Positions 13,287-26,178 of a DNA stretch of 64,000 nt are shown here, piece after piece; within the stretch, counting starts at the first letter, position 1; every line of letters starts with the position of its first letter. The stretch covers positions 44,330,001 to 44,394,000 of the forward strand of contig OZ024740.1 in assembly GCA_964016885.1 (NCBI GenBank), written 5' to 3'. A program made the position numbers and the translations under genes. Under the pieces are notes generated by a model. It searched no databases. It was not told the DNA's origin and saw only the letters and a program-made list of their open reading frames with translations. Origin of the DNA: Eledone cirrhosa (taxonomy: Eukaryota).

Positions 13287-13474
13287 AGGACACTGGATTG
13301 GCAGAATTGGTAGAGGGTTGGACATGCTTTCCAGCATAGTTATGTCCCTTTATGATCTGAGTTCAAATCCCGCCAAGGTTAACTTTGCCTTTCATCCTTA
13401 CGAGGTCGATAAAATAAAGTACCAGTAATGTACTGGGTATTTGCTGGCCTTGTGCCGAAAGTAGAAACAATTAT
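13287..13474 (+). mobile_element. tRNA-derived SINE family A
   Basis: Same core as 3876-4057. TSD ttattaattacttcat. Confidence 0.85.
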
Positions 13475-14229
13475 TAATTACTTCATTACTAAGATAATAA
13501 CTCAATAAATGATTCTTAAATATAATTACTGTATATACTTGAATATAAGCCAACCCCCTATTTTGTATCAGAGACATAGGCAAAAATCCAAACCCTGTTT
13601 ATAAGCTGAGGCAGGTAATCAACACATTATGTTTAGATGGTGTAGTTTTTAAATTCTCATGAAGTTTTAATATTTCAACATTTAAAATGTTTTATATTCC
13701 ATTTAGGGTGTAGTTTTTGTCAATTTTTTGAAGTCCATATTCATTCAAAACATAGCAAAAATAATAGGAAATACAAATTTCCCATTGAAAGTGAAACTGG
13801 TATAATAATCCTCCCCACTCAAGTGAAACCCACGAAGTGAAACTATTTTAGCACCTCATTTATGTAGAATTTTGAAGTTGATGAAAATCGACAAAATATT
13901 GACCTCAAATATAAGCGAACACCTCAATATTGCCATCAATCTTTTTGTCACATATTTCTTAGCTTATATACAAGTAATTATTGTTTGAAAATTTAAATTT
14001 GAATAGCAACCCTTTAAAATGGATGATTATTATTTTTTTTTTTTTTTTTTTCATATAACAGGTTTGGTCAGGTTTATATGGAAATGTTGTGCAAGATTAA
14101 TGTTAAGATAAAGCATAAAACATGAACAAATTTCCAGTGATCTACATTAGAACTATAGGTAAATATCACAGATAAACATCCAGCATATAGAAATCCAAAG
14201 TTGAGATCCAGAATGAACTATAAGGTAAC

Positions 14230-14632
14230 ACATGATGAGTGTACTACATGCACTTTATTGTGGCACCAGCACTACCACTTTAAGAATATAGTTGGTATGT
14301 TTTATTATGATACCTGTACTTCCACTTTAAGTAGTGTACTTGCTGCATATTATCTTGGTGCCAGCCCTACCACCTTACTGTATGCACTGAGTACATTTCA
14401 TCATAGCAACAAAACAATGATTTATACAGAGTACTGGGTGCATTTTATTGCGACAGCAAGGCTACCATGTCACTAGATGCATTTTATCAGGGCACCAGAA
14501 CTGCCACTTTACAGTGTGTACTGGGTGCATTTTATTGTGGCATCAGCACTGCCACTTTACAATGTGTACTGGGTGCACTTTATTATATAAACAGTGCTGC
14601 CACTTTACAGTACTTGCAGAAATAACTATTTT
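14230..14632. repeat. Degenerate tandem repeat (about 45-50 bp) derived from a SINE B segment
   Basis: Repeated actttacagtgtgtactgggtgcattttattgtggcaccagcac. Confidence 0.7.
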
Positions 14633-16179
14633 ACAGTCACTTGATATATCTGCAATGAGACATACATAGTAAATAATGTTAAACCCCAAAAGAAATTCCT
14701 ACAATAGTAGCAAGTTAAATTAAGCATTGGTGAGCAAGCAAATAACTGCCTTCAGTACTGATAATATGAATTGTATCTAATTAGAAACTTCATCTACTAT
14801 CATGGGAATTCAGAGTCCATACAACTATAAGATATAACAATGCTTCAGTGAGATAGCAAAGATGGCTGATGTAAGTGTCAACCAAAAAAAAAAAAACAGA
14901 TTTAAAAGAAAATTCATTATTTATAAAGTCAGTGAAGTTTTCAGGTACATAACAAAGCTGGTAGTGATTGACAAATATTTGTAAATGAACAATGACAAGA
15001 AGCCAATCTAGTGTAGAGATTGATATGTAAGACAGCTATAATTAATAAGTTTTTAGTTCTTCTGGGAATGGCCCAGCAATCCACCTAGATCACTTTGATG
15101 ATGACTGTTTCAATTTTTTTATCAATGGATAGGCCTGCTTGTGAAATCAACATGTAAGTGGCTGATACATAAACATTTGTTATTCTCAAGTAGATTCGGT
15201 ATGGCACAGTATAAGACAAGGTTGCTCTCTTTCAATTACAGGTACAGTCCATTCAACAGGCTTCTAAGCAATTTCTGTCTACATTATTTAACTGATTCAG
15301 CATAAGGCTATGGTAAAGGGTGCTTGCCCAGTATGCCATGCAGTGGAATCTAAACTGGCATTTGTACCATAGAAAGATATATATACATGTATTAACAGTT
15401 AGTGGACCATATCCAAAAGTGGAAAAAGAATGTGTTGTATTCCTACACTAAACATACTGGACACAACACACATACATTAGTTCATGTGTAAAATAGTTCT
15501 AATTATATTACTACACCAATGGCTGTTCAAAAATCCTGTAACGATTTAGTCAAAAATGGCAAAAACAGGTTTGTCAGTATAAATATATATAGTAACTTTA
15601 TAAGCAAATATATCATTTATAAAAATTTGAAGTATTGATGAACAGATATTTATGAAAATTGCCATAAAGTAAAATACTTTAATTTTTAATGTGATGCAGT
15701 CATAATGATGCTTCATACTTTTCAAGTCTAAGTCTAAAGTCTGACTCAAGCCAGTGCTTATACAGGTTTCTATGGCGTTAAGCAATTGAGTGTACAATAC
15801 TCCTTCCTGGATAGGACGCCAGACCATCACAGTGTTAAACTTCCAGCTATTGCTGCTACTCATTTTCAGCTGAGTATACTGGGGGAACATGAAATGAAGT
15901 GTTTTGCTCAATGCTTTGTAAATGTAATTTTATGTAATACAGGATGTTAAGAGGTAATAAATGGAAAATGTTTGTAAAAATGATTGGTAGACTTTTTTTC
16001 TTGCTACAAGATAGCTAGATGATGAGGCGTGGGCAGGGTTGGTAGTATTTGCAGTGCAGGTCCTTCCAGGTTAGAGAGACCAATGTGGTTGTTGTTCAGC
16101 TTAAATATTAGGGAGCTCAGAGTCTGCAAAGAATATGTGGGTGATTATTACAGAAGGATGAAAGTCTGTGGGGAAGGAT

Positions 16180-16396
16180 TGGAAGTTGAGATAGTGTTGT
16201 TGGTGGTGATGAAGATGACAACAATGAAGGGGAGGATTATGACAATGGTGATGATGGGGATAATAATAATGAGGGGGAATATTATGATGGTAGTGGTGGT
16301 AATGAGGATGGTGATTATGATAGTGATGATGATGATTATGGTGATAATAATGATGATGATGAGGAGGGTGATTAGGATGGTGGTGATGATGATGAA
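16180..16396. repeat. Degenerate (GAT/GGT)n microsatellite
   Basis: Visible in sequence. Confidence 0.85.
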
Positions 16397-16976
16397 ATAA
16401 ATGTGTAAAAACATTGATAAAAGAAATGAGGGTTAGAAATCCTATGCAAATCCTTTAACATTCTATAAAATTACATCGACACCTCATTCAGAACATTTTT
16501 CTTCTATTTTTAGTGAGCAATAAGTATTATGTAGGATCAAGCTGAGAAGAAATTATTTCAAGTAAAGATAATATCAACAACATCTTAAAAGATGTTGAAT
16601 CCTATCCCTGAAGGAGAAGATTGACCTTAACATCATATGAGTGATGATAATAGAAGTGAAGGTCGTTATTACATCTCTGAAAGAAAGAGAGACTACAGCA
16701 GAAATTAAGAGTTTTATTTTTTCTGGACAAGAAACTTCCTGATCATCAGCATCATCATCGTTTAACATCTAATTTCCAATATATATATATATATAGGTGG
16801 TAAAAAAATAGGAGGTTATATCTGTAATAAGTAGAGCACTCAGTCCAGAGGAAGAGTTCAGTATAGAATTATTTCCACAAAAAATTAGCAAACCATACTT
16901 GAGGTTCTTCACCCAATAGATTTTCAACTCAAGTTGAAAAGTACTCAAGTATGGTTTGCTAATTTGTTGTGGAACT

Positions 16977-17066
<90 letters not shown>

Positions 17067-17155
17067 AAGTAAAAGGTAAACAGAAATAACAACACAATCG
17101 GTACAGTATATGGAAGGTATATATTAGGTTAATGCTTGATATAGCAGGAAGAGGG

Positions 17156-17191
17156 TCTTAACGTTTCGGACGCTAGTCCTTCATCAGAAGA
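17156..17191 (-). ncRNA. Minimal type I hammerhead ribozyme with intact core
   Basis: Minus strand tctt-CTGATGA-a-GGAC-tagc-GTCC-GAAAC-GTT-aaga. Stem I tctt/aaga, stem II 4 bp, palindromic AACGTT stem III. Confidence 0.8.
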
Positions 17192-17446
17192 AAGAATGAG
17201 AAATAAAATAGATTAAGGGGACAGGTGGGATGGAATTGGAAAAAAATGTCTTTAGATAAAAATAACAGGTCCATTCATGTTGACATCTCTTGCAAAATAT
17301 ATATATATATACTTCTAAAACTCTGTAAATGCGTGCTTGTCTGTAATTTAATACAGCCAAAACGGCACATGATAGGAAAATACTTTGAAAGGAAGTTGCC
17401 TCTAAAATAGGAATACAAATGGAATAAAACAAGTTTCACATAAATC

Positions 17447-17523
17447 AGAGCACAGGTTCCCAAGATATGTGGTTTTTCCCGGATATACCCAGAAAAACCA
17501 CGTATCTTGGGAACCAGTGCTCT
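17447..17523. repeat. Near-perfect hairpin of about 32 bp
   Basis: agagcacaggttcccaagatatgtggtttttc pairs with gaaaaaccacgtatcttgggaaccagtgctct. Confidence 0.85.
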
Positions 17524-17591
17524 GCTTTTAAATCATCCAAACATATGTATGTGTGTGTGTATACATATATGTGTGTGTGTGTATATATATA

Positions 17592-17885
17592 TCATCATCA
17601 TCATCATCATCATCGTTTAACGTCCATGTTCCACACTTGCATGGGTTTGGACGGGAGTTTTCCCACTTGTGGCAAGAGTGGTTGTCTTGCTCGCATAGGA
17701 CTATCTGGCGGGTTTTCTACAGATGGATGCCCTTCCTAACACCAAGCACATTTACAGTGTGGGACTGGGAGGTTTTTACCGTGTTGCCTACACGGCCACA
17801 TTACAGCGTGGACTGTGTGTTTTTTTGTCGTGACACCTACACGATCTCATTTGTTTTGGCCTGGATGGTGTGGCACCAACATAAC
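17592..17885 (-). mobile_element. RTE-A 3' end fragment
   Basis: Matches 5401-5685. (GAT)n tail abuts (TA)n. Confidence 0.9.
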
Positions 17886-17944
17886 AAATGTATTTCATTA
17901 TTGACATTTCCATCTTTTTTTGTTGGGGTGGAATATTATACACT

Positions 17945-19311
17945 GGACTTAAAATTAACCTGTCTAAGACTAAAGTTCTAGTTTGTAGGAAGGAAAATAG
18001 GGCACCGGTTCCATCCAGGAAATGGCCATGCTCAGTGTGTAGGAAAGAAGTAGGTAGAAACTCCATTTTATGTCCCAAATGCAAAGTATGGGTGCATAAA
18101 AGATGTAGTGCGATCACAGGTAAGCTAACTAAGAATATAGATTTTATATGTGGCCGGTGCTCAGGTGCAATAAGTAGCAACAAGTGCCCACAGAATACTA
18201 GCTCTTTCCATTGCACAGATGATTCTATAGAAATAGTGGACACCTTCCGTTACTTGGGTGACAAAATCAGCAGTGGTGGAGGGTGCTCTGAAAGTACAGT
18301 AGCTAGAGTCAGAACTGGATAGAAAAAGTTCAGAGAGCTTATACCACTATTAGCTGCTAAAGGGTTCTCTCTAAAAATGAAAGGCAGGCTGTATGATGCC
18401 TGCATACGAACAGCGGTGTTACATGGCAGTGAGACCTGGGCATTGTGTGCAGAGGATATACGCAGACTGGAGAGGAACGAAGCTTGCATGCTCCGCTGGA
18501 TGTGTAATAGTAATATACGTGAACGGCAAAGCATAAACGAACTAAGGGAAAAATTAGAAATAAGAGGGATCAGATGTTGTTTACTCGAGAGAAGACTATG
18601 TTGGTATGGTCACGTGATGCGCATGAAAGACGACAGCTGTATAAAAAAGTGCAGGGCAATAAAAATAGACGGTAGCCACGGAGTAGGCAGACCCAGAAAA
18701 ACCTGAGACGACTTGATAAATTCCGACCTCACACACTTGCACCTCTCCAAGACAATGTCACTGGACTGAGATCTTTGGCGCTACACAGTAATACAGAAGA
18801 CCCGCCTTACCTAAGTAATAAGTGAAACCTACTACAGTCAGTAGGCACCTCTAACAAAAATACACCCCCGTCCCACTACCCCCACCCCATCCACACCACC
18901 CCTTTCAATGTAAAGTTATGTTGGTACCACAACATCCAGTCCGAAACAAATGAGGTCGTGTAGGTGTCACGACAAAAAAACACACAGTCCACGCTGTAAT
19001 GTGGCCGTGTAGGCAACACGGTAAAAACCTCCCAGTCCACACTGTAAATGTGGTTGGTGTTAGGAAGTGCATCCAGCTGTAGAAAACCCGCCAGACAGTC
19101 CACGCTGTAATGTGGCCGTGTAGGCAACACGGTAAAAACCTCCCAGTCCACACTGTAAACGTGGTTGGTGTTAGGAAGGGCATCCAGCCGTAGAAAACCC
19201 GCCAGACAGTCCTATGCGAGCAAGACAACCACTCTTGCCTTAAGTGGGAAAACTCCCGTCTAAACCCATGCAAGCGTGGAAGATGGACGTTAAACGATGA
19301 TGATGATGATG
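17945..19311 (+). mobile_element. RTE-A 5'-truncated copy
   Basis: ORFs 17888-18322 (PHD, FRYLG) and 18377-18706. 3' UTR has a 111-bp tandem duplication. (GAT)n tail. Confidence 0.95.
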
Positions 19312-19762
19312 GACTACATTATCAAATGTCTTTTAAAAACAGGGCTGAAAGGGCTCTTCAGCCCCGTCTAAGTTATAACAAACTCTCTAGTGCTGATGCC
19401 ACAATTAAATGTCCCCAGTACATTCTGTAAAATGGCTGGCATTAGAAGGGCATCAAGCCATAGAAACTAATTTAAAACTGGAATTGTGTGACATGGCCAC
19501 CTGACCATATATGAGGGCAGAAGCTTTGATTAAATACTGATTTGGTCTGTTCTAACCTGTCTAATACATGATAGCATGGACAAATGGATGTAAAATGATG
19601 ATGATGATAGTGATGATGACTATGATGTGGTTTAATGGAAATTTAGCTGCTATTTCTAGCAAGTAAAGTAACTATGTCGAGCCCTCCCTCATTGCTTTGT
19701 GAAAATTAATATTGTTGACATGTGATGAGAGACTGACGAAGTTGAATGTATTAAATCATTAC

Positions 19763-20270
19763 CTTCTTTTGGCATGCCAACACTTGGTTTCCTTTCCATC
19801 ACATAGACTTGACCTTCCTTTTCCCGTGCCAGTTGACGTTCATTCCGTATCTCAGAACTAGCAGATACCCATTCTACTTCTTTTTCCATTTGAACTATTT
19901 TATTATGTTCAATATCAAGTTCTGAAAGACGCCTCTTACTTCTTGCTTTTATTCTTATTTCTTCATCTTCATCTGCTCCAATTTCATCCTCATTTTCTCC
20001 TTTTTCCGTTTCTCCTTCTTGAGATTTCAGTTCGGAATACATCCGAGTACGCAACGAATATTCAGATTCACTTCTTGGTTCAAAACGTTTATTCCAGTCA
20101 AAGCGAGTTTCTGAATCTAAGAATTCACCATATTCTCTTGAGTCAGGGTAAATGACTTTATTAGTTTCTGGATCAACTTGTGGTTTAAGAGAAGGAGCTG
20201 CTGGGATAATAACTTCCATTTTTGTTAAACTTTCTAAGCGAGCAGTTTTTATTGTGGCACTCAACTTTCT
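19763..20270 (-). CDS. unc-89: Inter-kinase linker exon (charged, low complexity)
   Basis: Lies within ORF 19689-20264. Acceptor atttttcag, donor gtaatg, 508 bp, phase 0-1. Confidence 0.85.
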
Positions 20271-21464
20271 CTGAAAAATAAAATCATCAGAAAATATTTA
20301 ATAATAATATCAAACATTTAAAATATTCCATCTGGAAATTTATATTTTGCAGATTATACATGTAAATATTGGAAATTTATGTTTCAATAAATATAAATGT
20401 ATGTAGTTATGTTTTGACCAAAATTGAAAAAATCTAGATTCATCATCATCATCGTTTAACATCTATCTTCCACGCTAGCATGCGTTTAGATTATATATAG
20501 ATTTTAAATTTTAAGAGCATATTTTTTCTCACTTGTATAAATACTACATTATAAAGAAAATAGTAAATTGATTATTTTCCTTTTTTTTTTAATTGAATTA
20601 TATAAGTTTCCATCTTCAAATATCCATAACTGTGAAATCATTTGTTTTCTAAGTACTAGAAAAAATATTTTTATGTTTGTTTTTGAAATTAGTAGAACCA
20701 ATCTTTTTAGTAAGAAACAAAAGTGAATTTCTTAAGTGGTTTTCTATATTTCATTATAAGAATAGAACACTTTTAAAAGCAAGTCAAAATAGGTTGGATT
20801 CAACATTAGAAATAAAATCTAACTTGAAAATGGTATATTTTAAAATAGCAAATAAAACCTAAAGCCTGAGGAAACTGGTAGTAGCTTTTGTCAGTAAAAA
20901 TCAGTCCATAAATTATATGAATTTAAATAAGTTCATGAGCAAGGGAAAGATGTTGATTTTATCGTTTCTGTTAAGGTTTTATTTCAGAGAACATCTTTTT
21001 CTCCAAAGAAGTTAGAATTCATGTCTTTCCTCAGCATACAAACTTATTTATATTTCTAGAAATGATAAACAGTTTCAAAAGAAAGTTGACAGATATAGTA
21101 TCGTGTTTTTTGTGTTAAAATATTTGTTGTTCTATTTAAGCATTCTGTTACTACATTTCTAATGGAATCCACTGCCTACATTTGAAACCAGTCAAATTTA
21201 ATATTGGTAGATCATCATATCTTTGCATGTCATATGAGGCAACTAAGAGTGTTGGCTCTAGGAAGGGCATTCGACCATAAAATATTACCTCAAAAAGGAT
21301 CCCAAGATGAGTATGAAACTTACTATGGGGCTTGAAAGACTAATTCATGCTTTAACAGATAAAATGACTGAAAAACCATTGCGTTTGATGCATCTGTTTT
21401 TATGGTTTTTGTCTATTAGATGTTAACTCAAATTCGACTCATGTAGAGAAAAGCAATTACTCAC

Positions 21465-21588
21465 TGCAGCTAAATCTCTTTGATGAAACAGTTCCAGATT
21501 CTTTAATTCCAGTCGATTACCTTGACCTTTTCTCTCAGCAAATTCAATCCATGGATGACTCAAACATTCATCGATTTCCAAACGGAAT
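21465..21588 (-). CDS. unc-89: End of kinase 1 and regulatory tail (FRLEIDECLSHPWI..)
   Basis: Acceptor cactttcag, donor gtgagt, 124 bp, phase 2-0. Confidence 0.9.
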
Positions 21589-22050
21589 CTGAAAGTGAAA
21601 ATGGTAAATACATTTTATTTGAGTGCTGGGTTCAAATTTATAAAACAACTGCAATCAGGCTGCTGGAGAAAATTGAAAGTAAAACCATTTAAAAATATCA
21701 GATGAATGATGGAATATGAATTGTATTACTAAAGCAAGTCATGGTTCCTACATGGTTGTGGTGATTGTAATGTTTGTTTTGGTGGTGATGTGGTAAGGGA
21801 TGATGGGGATGATAGTGATGATTATGATGGTGGTGATGATGATGACAGTGAAGATGAGGAGGATTATGATGATGATAATAGGGATAAGGGTGATAACAAT
21901 ATACTACAAGAGCAAATATAAGAAAGATAGGGTTATAAATCCTTTAAAATTCTAAAAGATTACATTTCCATCTTATAACTTCCACCTTTCATAGCAATAT
22001 TACAGGATTAAAGCTAAAACAAGTTGTAGAATGTATTAACTTGAAGTATT

Positions 22051-22522
22051 TTAACTCTTTTGGTACCAAATCACATAAAACTGCATCCGGTTCTATGATA
22101 CAAAACTGATTGTTGTAAAGTGTATTTATGTAAAAACCTTCCATCGTAATTTTTTGAAAGAACCTTATTTAAGTTATGTTCCACAGTCCAGCTAAATAAT
22201 CAGAAAGTTAGTTACATTACTAAATCCCTCCAAATGCTTGATTATTTTCGAAATTGTTTGAAAACCATAAACAGTGACCTTCATAGGCTATATGAAAACA
22301 AAATGGTTAACCAATTTTGTTACCAACATGCTCCAAACTGCCTCTAATTCTATGAACAAAACTTCCCTTTTAACTAAGATTTTCCAGTATAGTTTGAAAT
22401 AAGAACTTTTTGTTACTTATGTTACAAATACCAATGTAATTATGAAATAACTGATTATTTAATAGATCCTTCTAAATTCTTTGTTAATCAGTTCAAATAC
22501 AGTATATTAACAAAAGGGTTAA
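22051..22522. mobile_element. Two adjacent degenerate TTAA-bounded MITEs (piggyBac-like family)
   Basis: ttaactcttttggtacc..aaatggTTAAccaattttgttacc..aaaagggTTAA. Related decayed copies near 4750, 26680, 27460, 32620, 37425, 44466 and 58560. Confidence 0.55.
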
Positions 22523-22645
22523 ACTATAAATAAGCAAAGAAATATTTGCAGGATTATTTATATAAAGAAATATAATGGCAAGTTTTATATTTTTCTTTTA
22601 TTACATAAAATGTATCACCATTTATTCACATAAAGAAATACTTAC

Positions 22646-22798
22646 AGTGGATCCTTCTTCAGAAGATTGGTAATAAAATCTTTGGCCTCCTCTGAAATGT
22701 GCTTGAAAGCTTCCTCATCAAAATGCCATTCACCACTTTCAATTTTGTTTAGAGTCTCAGAAACAGTCTCACAATGGAATGGTGAAATACCACTCAAT
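22646..22798 (-). CDS. unc-89: Kinase 1 subdomains IX-XI (LSGISPF..ISEEAKDFITNLLKKDP)
   Basis: Acceptor ttcccag, donor gtaagt, 153 bp, phase 2-2. Confidence 0.93.
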
Positions 22799-23299
22799 CT
22801 GGGAAATATTGATTATAACATAATATATAAATATTGCAGATAGGATTACAAAGAAACATTCAAAATTATTCAAGGAATTGTTTAGATTTTTAAGTACCTC
22901 TTTTATTTTACTTTCCTTCCTACTTGAGTAATGACTGCTCTATTATTCATTCCTGTATTCATTCTCTGTTCCCCCAATACACTAGATTTTAGTAGCACAA
23001 GTTCTAGATAGATTATATTTACATTCAAAGTACGGTTTGTATTTAGTTTAAAATAGGTTAACCATATTTCTGCATGTCATAAGAGGTGACTAAAAGAGTT
23101 GGTATCAGAATAGCCACTTGTCTGTAAAACATTGCATCATTAATACTTCTTATTATCAATATAAAGTCTGCAAGGCTAACTAACCTCCACTTTAACAGGG
23201 GAAATGACCTTAAAATGTGTGTTGTGTCGTTGTCAAATTTCTAAAAAGATACACATTTTAATTATATATAAATAATTATATATTCGTGTGCAAATCTTG

Positions 23300-24143
23300 T
23301 TGCATACACACACACATAATACATAGGAAAACAGAAACAGAAATACAAAAACAAAATATAAACAAACATTTATCTCGTTAACTTACGCAGCATATTTATT
23401 TGTTTACATGCGCAGATCCTTTTGTACACACACACAATATTTAGAAAAACGGAAACAAAAATACACAAAAAAAAAAAAACAAAAAAAAAAGCAGACATTT
23501 TATTTCTAACGTAATCAAGTGCGCTAAACCTATATTGTTTACATTCTGTGTTTTTCTACGGATGGGCAGAAATAACAAAATTACCATGGTGATATCCATG
23601 GTTGAAGTATGCGACAAAATTGGTCGATGTTCCAAAATAGAACATTACCCAGAAAACCACACCTGCCATATTTGTACGGAACCTGAAAACTCGTTCCATA
23701 ATCGTTGGGTCGAATGTGGAACCTGTCACATCTCTGTCTGCCTTCAATGCGCCACAGGCTTCCGGAGGATCCCAGGCCAAAAAAGGAGACATCATATTGC
23801 TATGATGGATGGATTCTGGCAGATGGTCCATCTAAAATCCTGGTCCTTTCAGTGCCTCTACCAATGTTATTGAAAAACAACAACAACAAAACCGATGACT
23901 GTATCTTCCTCTACCATTGTTACTGAACAACGGCAAAAACCTATGACACTGGCTTCTGCTGCTATTCCTGTGGGAGAACATCAGAAACAACAACAACCCA
24001 TGTCTTCCGCTTCCAGTACATCTCGACACCAACGACCTGCGACTGTGTCTTCCCCTACCATTCCGTGGAGGAACATCATCATCATCAAGAAGAAGAAGAA
24101 GAAGAAGAAGAAGAAGAAGAAGAAGAAGAAGAAGAAGAAGAAG

Positions 24144-24210
<67 letters not shown>

Positions 24211-24238
24211 GCAACAACAGCAACAACAACAACAACAA

Positions 24239-24275
<37 letters not shown>

Positions 24276-26178
24276 AGCGGTGTTTGAATTTGAACAGTGC
24301 ATAGCAACCAATCCTGACAGTAAGGTGTTCTGGAAATATGTTCATTCAAAGCAGAGACCTCACTCTCCAGTTGGTCCTCTTCGCAATCCCCACACAAGCC
24401 AGATCACTGACGATCCCAAAGAATGCACAGAACTCATTGCTGAGTGCTATGCAAGCATTTTTACTGTTGAAAACCAGAATGTACCATCTCTAACATCAAA
24501 TTCCATAACAACTATGGAATTTACACCTGCAATGTTGCGACGTCACCTTAAGAATAAGTGCAACTATGCCTCCCCTGGTCTTGATGGTGTTAAATACCTG
24601 CTTCTCAAACGTGGCGAGTACTTCCTTTTGCACCAGCTTTCTTTCTTTTTTCAATACTGTCTCAACAATGGTGCTACTCCTGAGCAGTGGAAAACTGCCA
24701 GTGTCATTCCCCTGTTTAAAAAGGGCGACGGCATGTCACCTGTCAACTAGCATCCAGTCAGTCTTACTAGCTGTATTGCCAAACTGATGGAATCCTGTGT
24801 CAGAGAAACACTTTGGAACTTCTGGAACTCTCACAGCCTCATCCGGCCCTCGCAGTTTGGATTTATCCCTAACTCCAGCTGCTGTGATCAGCTTATCGAG
24901 TTCCTTAAGACATTACCCGGATCACTGATGGCGGCTCATGGGTGGATGTTGTTTACCTTGACTTCGCTAAGGCTTTTAATTCTGTGCCACACAAAAGACT
25001 TATGGCGAAACTCTCTGCAATGGGTGTGAGGGATGATCTTTTTAACTGGTTGAAATCCTTCATTCTCAGCTGAAAAGAGGTAGTCGCGGTTCTAGGACAG
25101 CATTCTTCACCATATGAGATGTCATCTGGTGTACCACAGGGATCTGTTCTTGGTTCCCTTTTGTTTGTGGCATATATTAATGACATAGATGCCAACTTAA
25201 AGAATGTCATGGTACTGAAATATGCAGATGATATCAAGCTGTAACTTGAAATCAAAAGGACTTATCCTGAAATCTACAACTCTTTCCTACAATCAGACCT
25301 GGACACAATGCAGCAATGGATCACAGACTGGCAACTGAAGCTGGCTGTGGACAAGTGTACCACCATGAATTTGGGGAGGAAAATCCTGCGTCCACATACT
25401 CCCTCCACAACACTGATATCAAGAAGTCCTCTTGTAAACGTGACCTGGGCATTACTGTCAGCAGCGATTTGCGTTGGACAAAGCATGTCTCTAAGATTGT
25501 CAAGAAGGCCGAGGGTGTCTTGGCATCACTCAGCAAGACCTTTGTTAGCCGCTCTGCAGCCATCTATTTAAAGCTGTATACAGCTATGGTATGACCACAT
25601 CATCAGCCTGGAACCCCTATCTTGCTCAGAACATTGACCTCCTGGAAACTGTTAAGAGACGTGCAACCAAGCGCATACCCTCCATCAGACACCTACCATA
25701 TTCTGAACGCCTTGATTCCCTGGGCATGGATTCATTGAAACTCCGACGTCTGGCAATGGACTTGGTAAACACCCACAAAGTTATTAACCATCTCGCCAAC
25801 AACAACCCTGAGCACCTTTTTAATCTCCATGTGTCTAACACACGTGGACATGCCTACAAAGTCAGAAAACAGCACAGCTCCCATGACTTTCGGAAATATT
25901 TTTTAACGCTCAGAGTTGCTGAAGCATGGAACAAACTGCCTGCGTCAGTTGTTAGCTGCTGGGACACTGCATCCTTTAAAACCCTCATGCTTCCCAAAAT
26001 TCGCCAAAACTACACCTAATGTACTCCTTCCATACTCATACACACATGTGTATATCATGACTCATGCACTGTTCATTTTCATGACGTTTGTACACTACCC
26101 TATGTACTATACATACACTTTTTGATGAGCTGTAGTGCACCTGAGCACTGTACACAATATTTTCATTATTATTATTAT
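23300..26178 (+). mobile_element. CR1-clade LINE with PHD-finger ORF1 remnant and RT, endonuclease apparently deleted
   Basis: ORF1 CHIC..WVECGTC..CLQC at 23535-23873. RT pieces SPGLDG, IPLFKKG, QFGF, SGVPQGSVLGPLLF, KYADD, KRRATKRIP and RVAEAWNKLP. (ATT)n tail at 26165-26178. 5' boundary approximate. Confidence 0.88.
24073..24278. repeat. Compound trinucleotide microsatellite (ATC)(AAG)(AAC)(AGC)
   Basis: Visible in sequence, in-register transitions between the motifs. Confidence 0.95.

Noticed and set aside
16900-16950. Hammerhead at gttgaaaagtactcaag
   Set aside because: Stem II- and III-like parts exist but there is no recognisable CUGANGA core.
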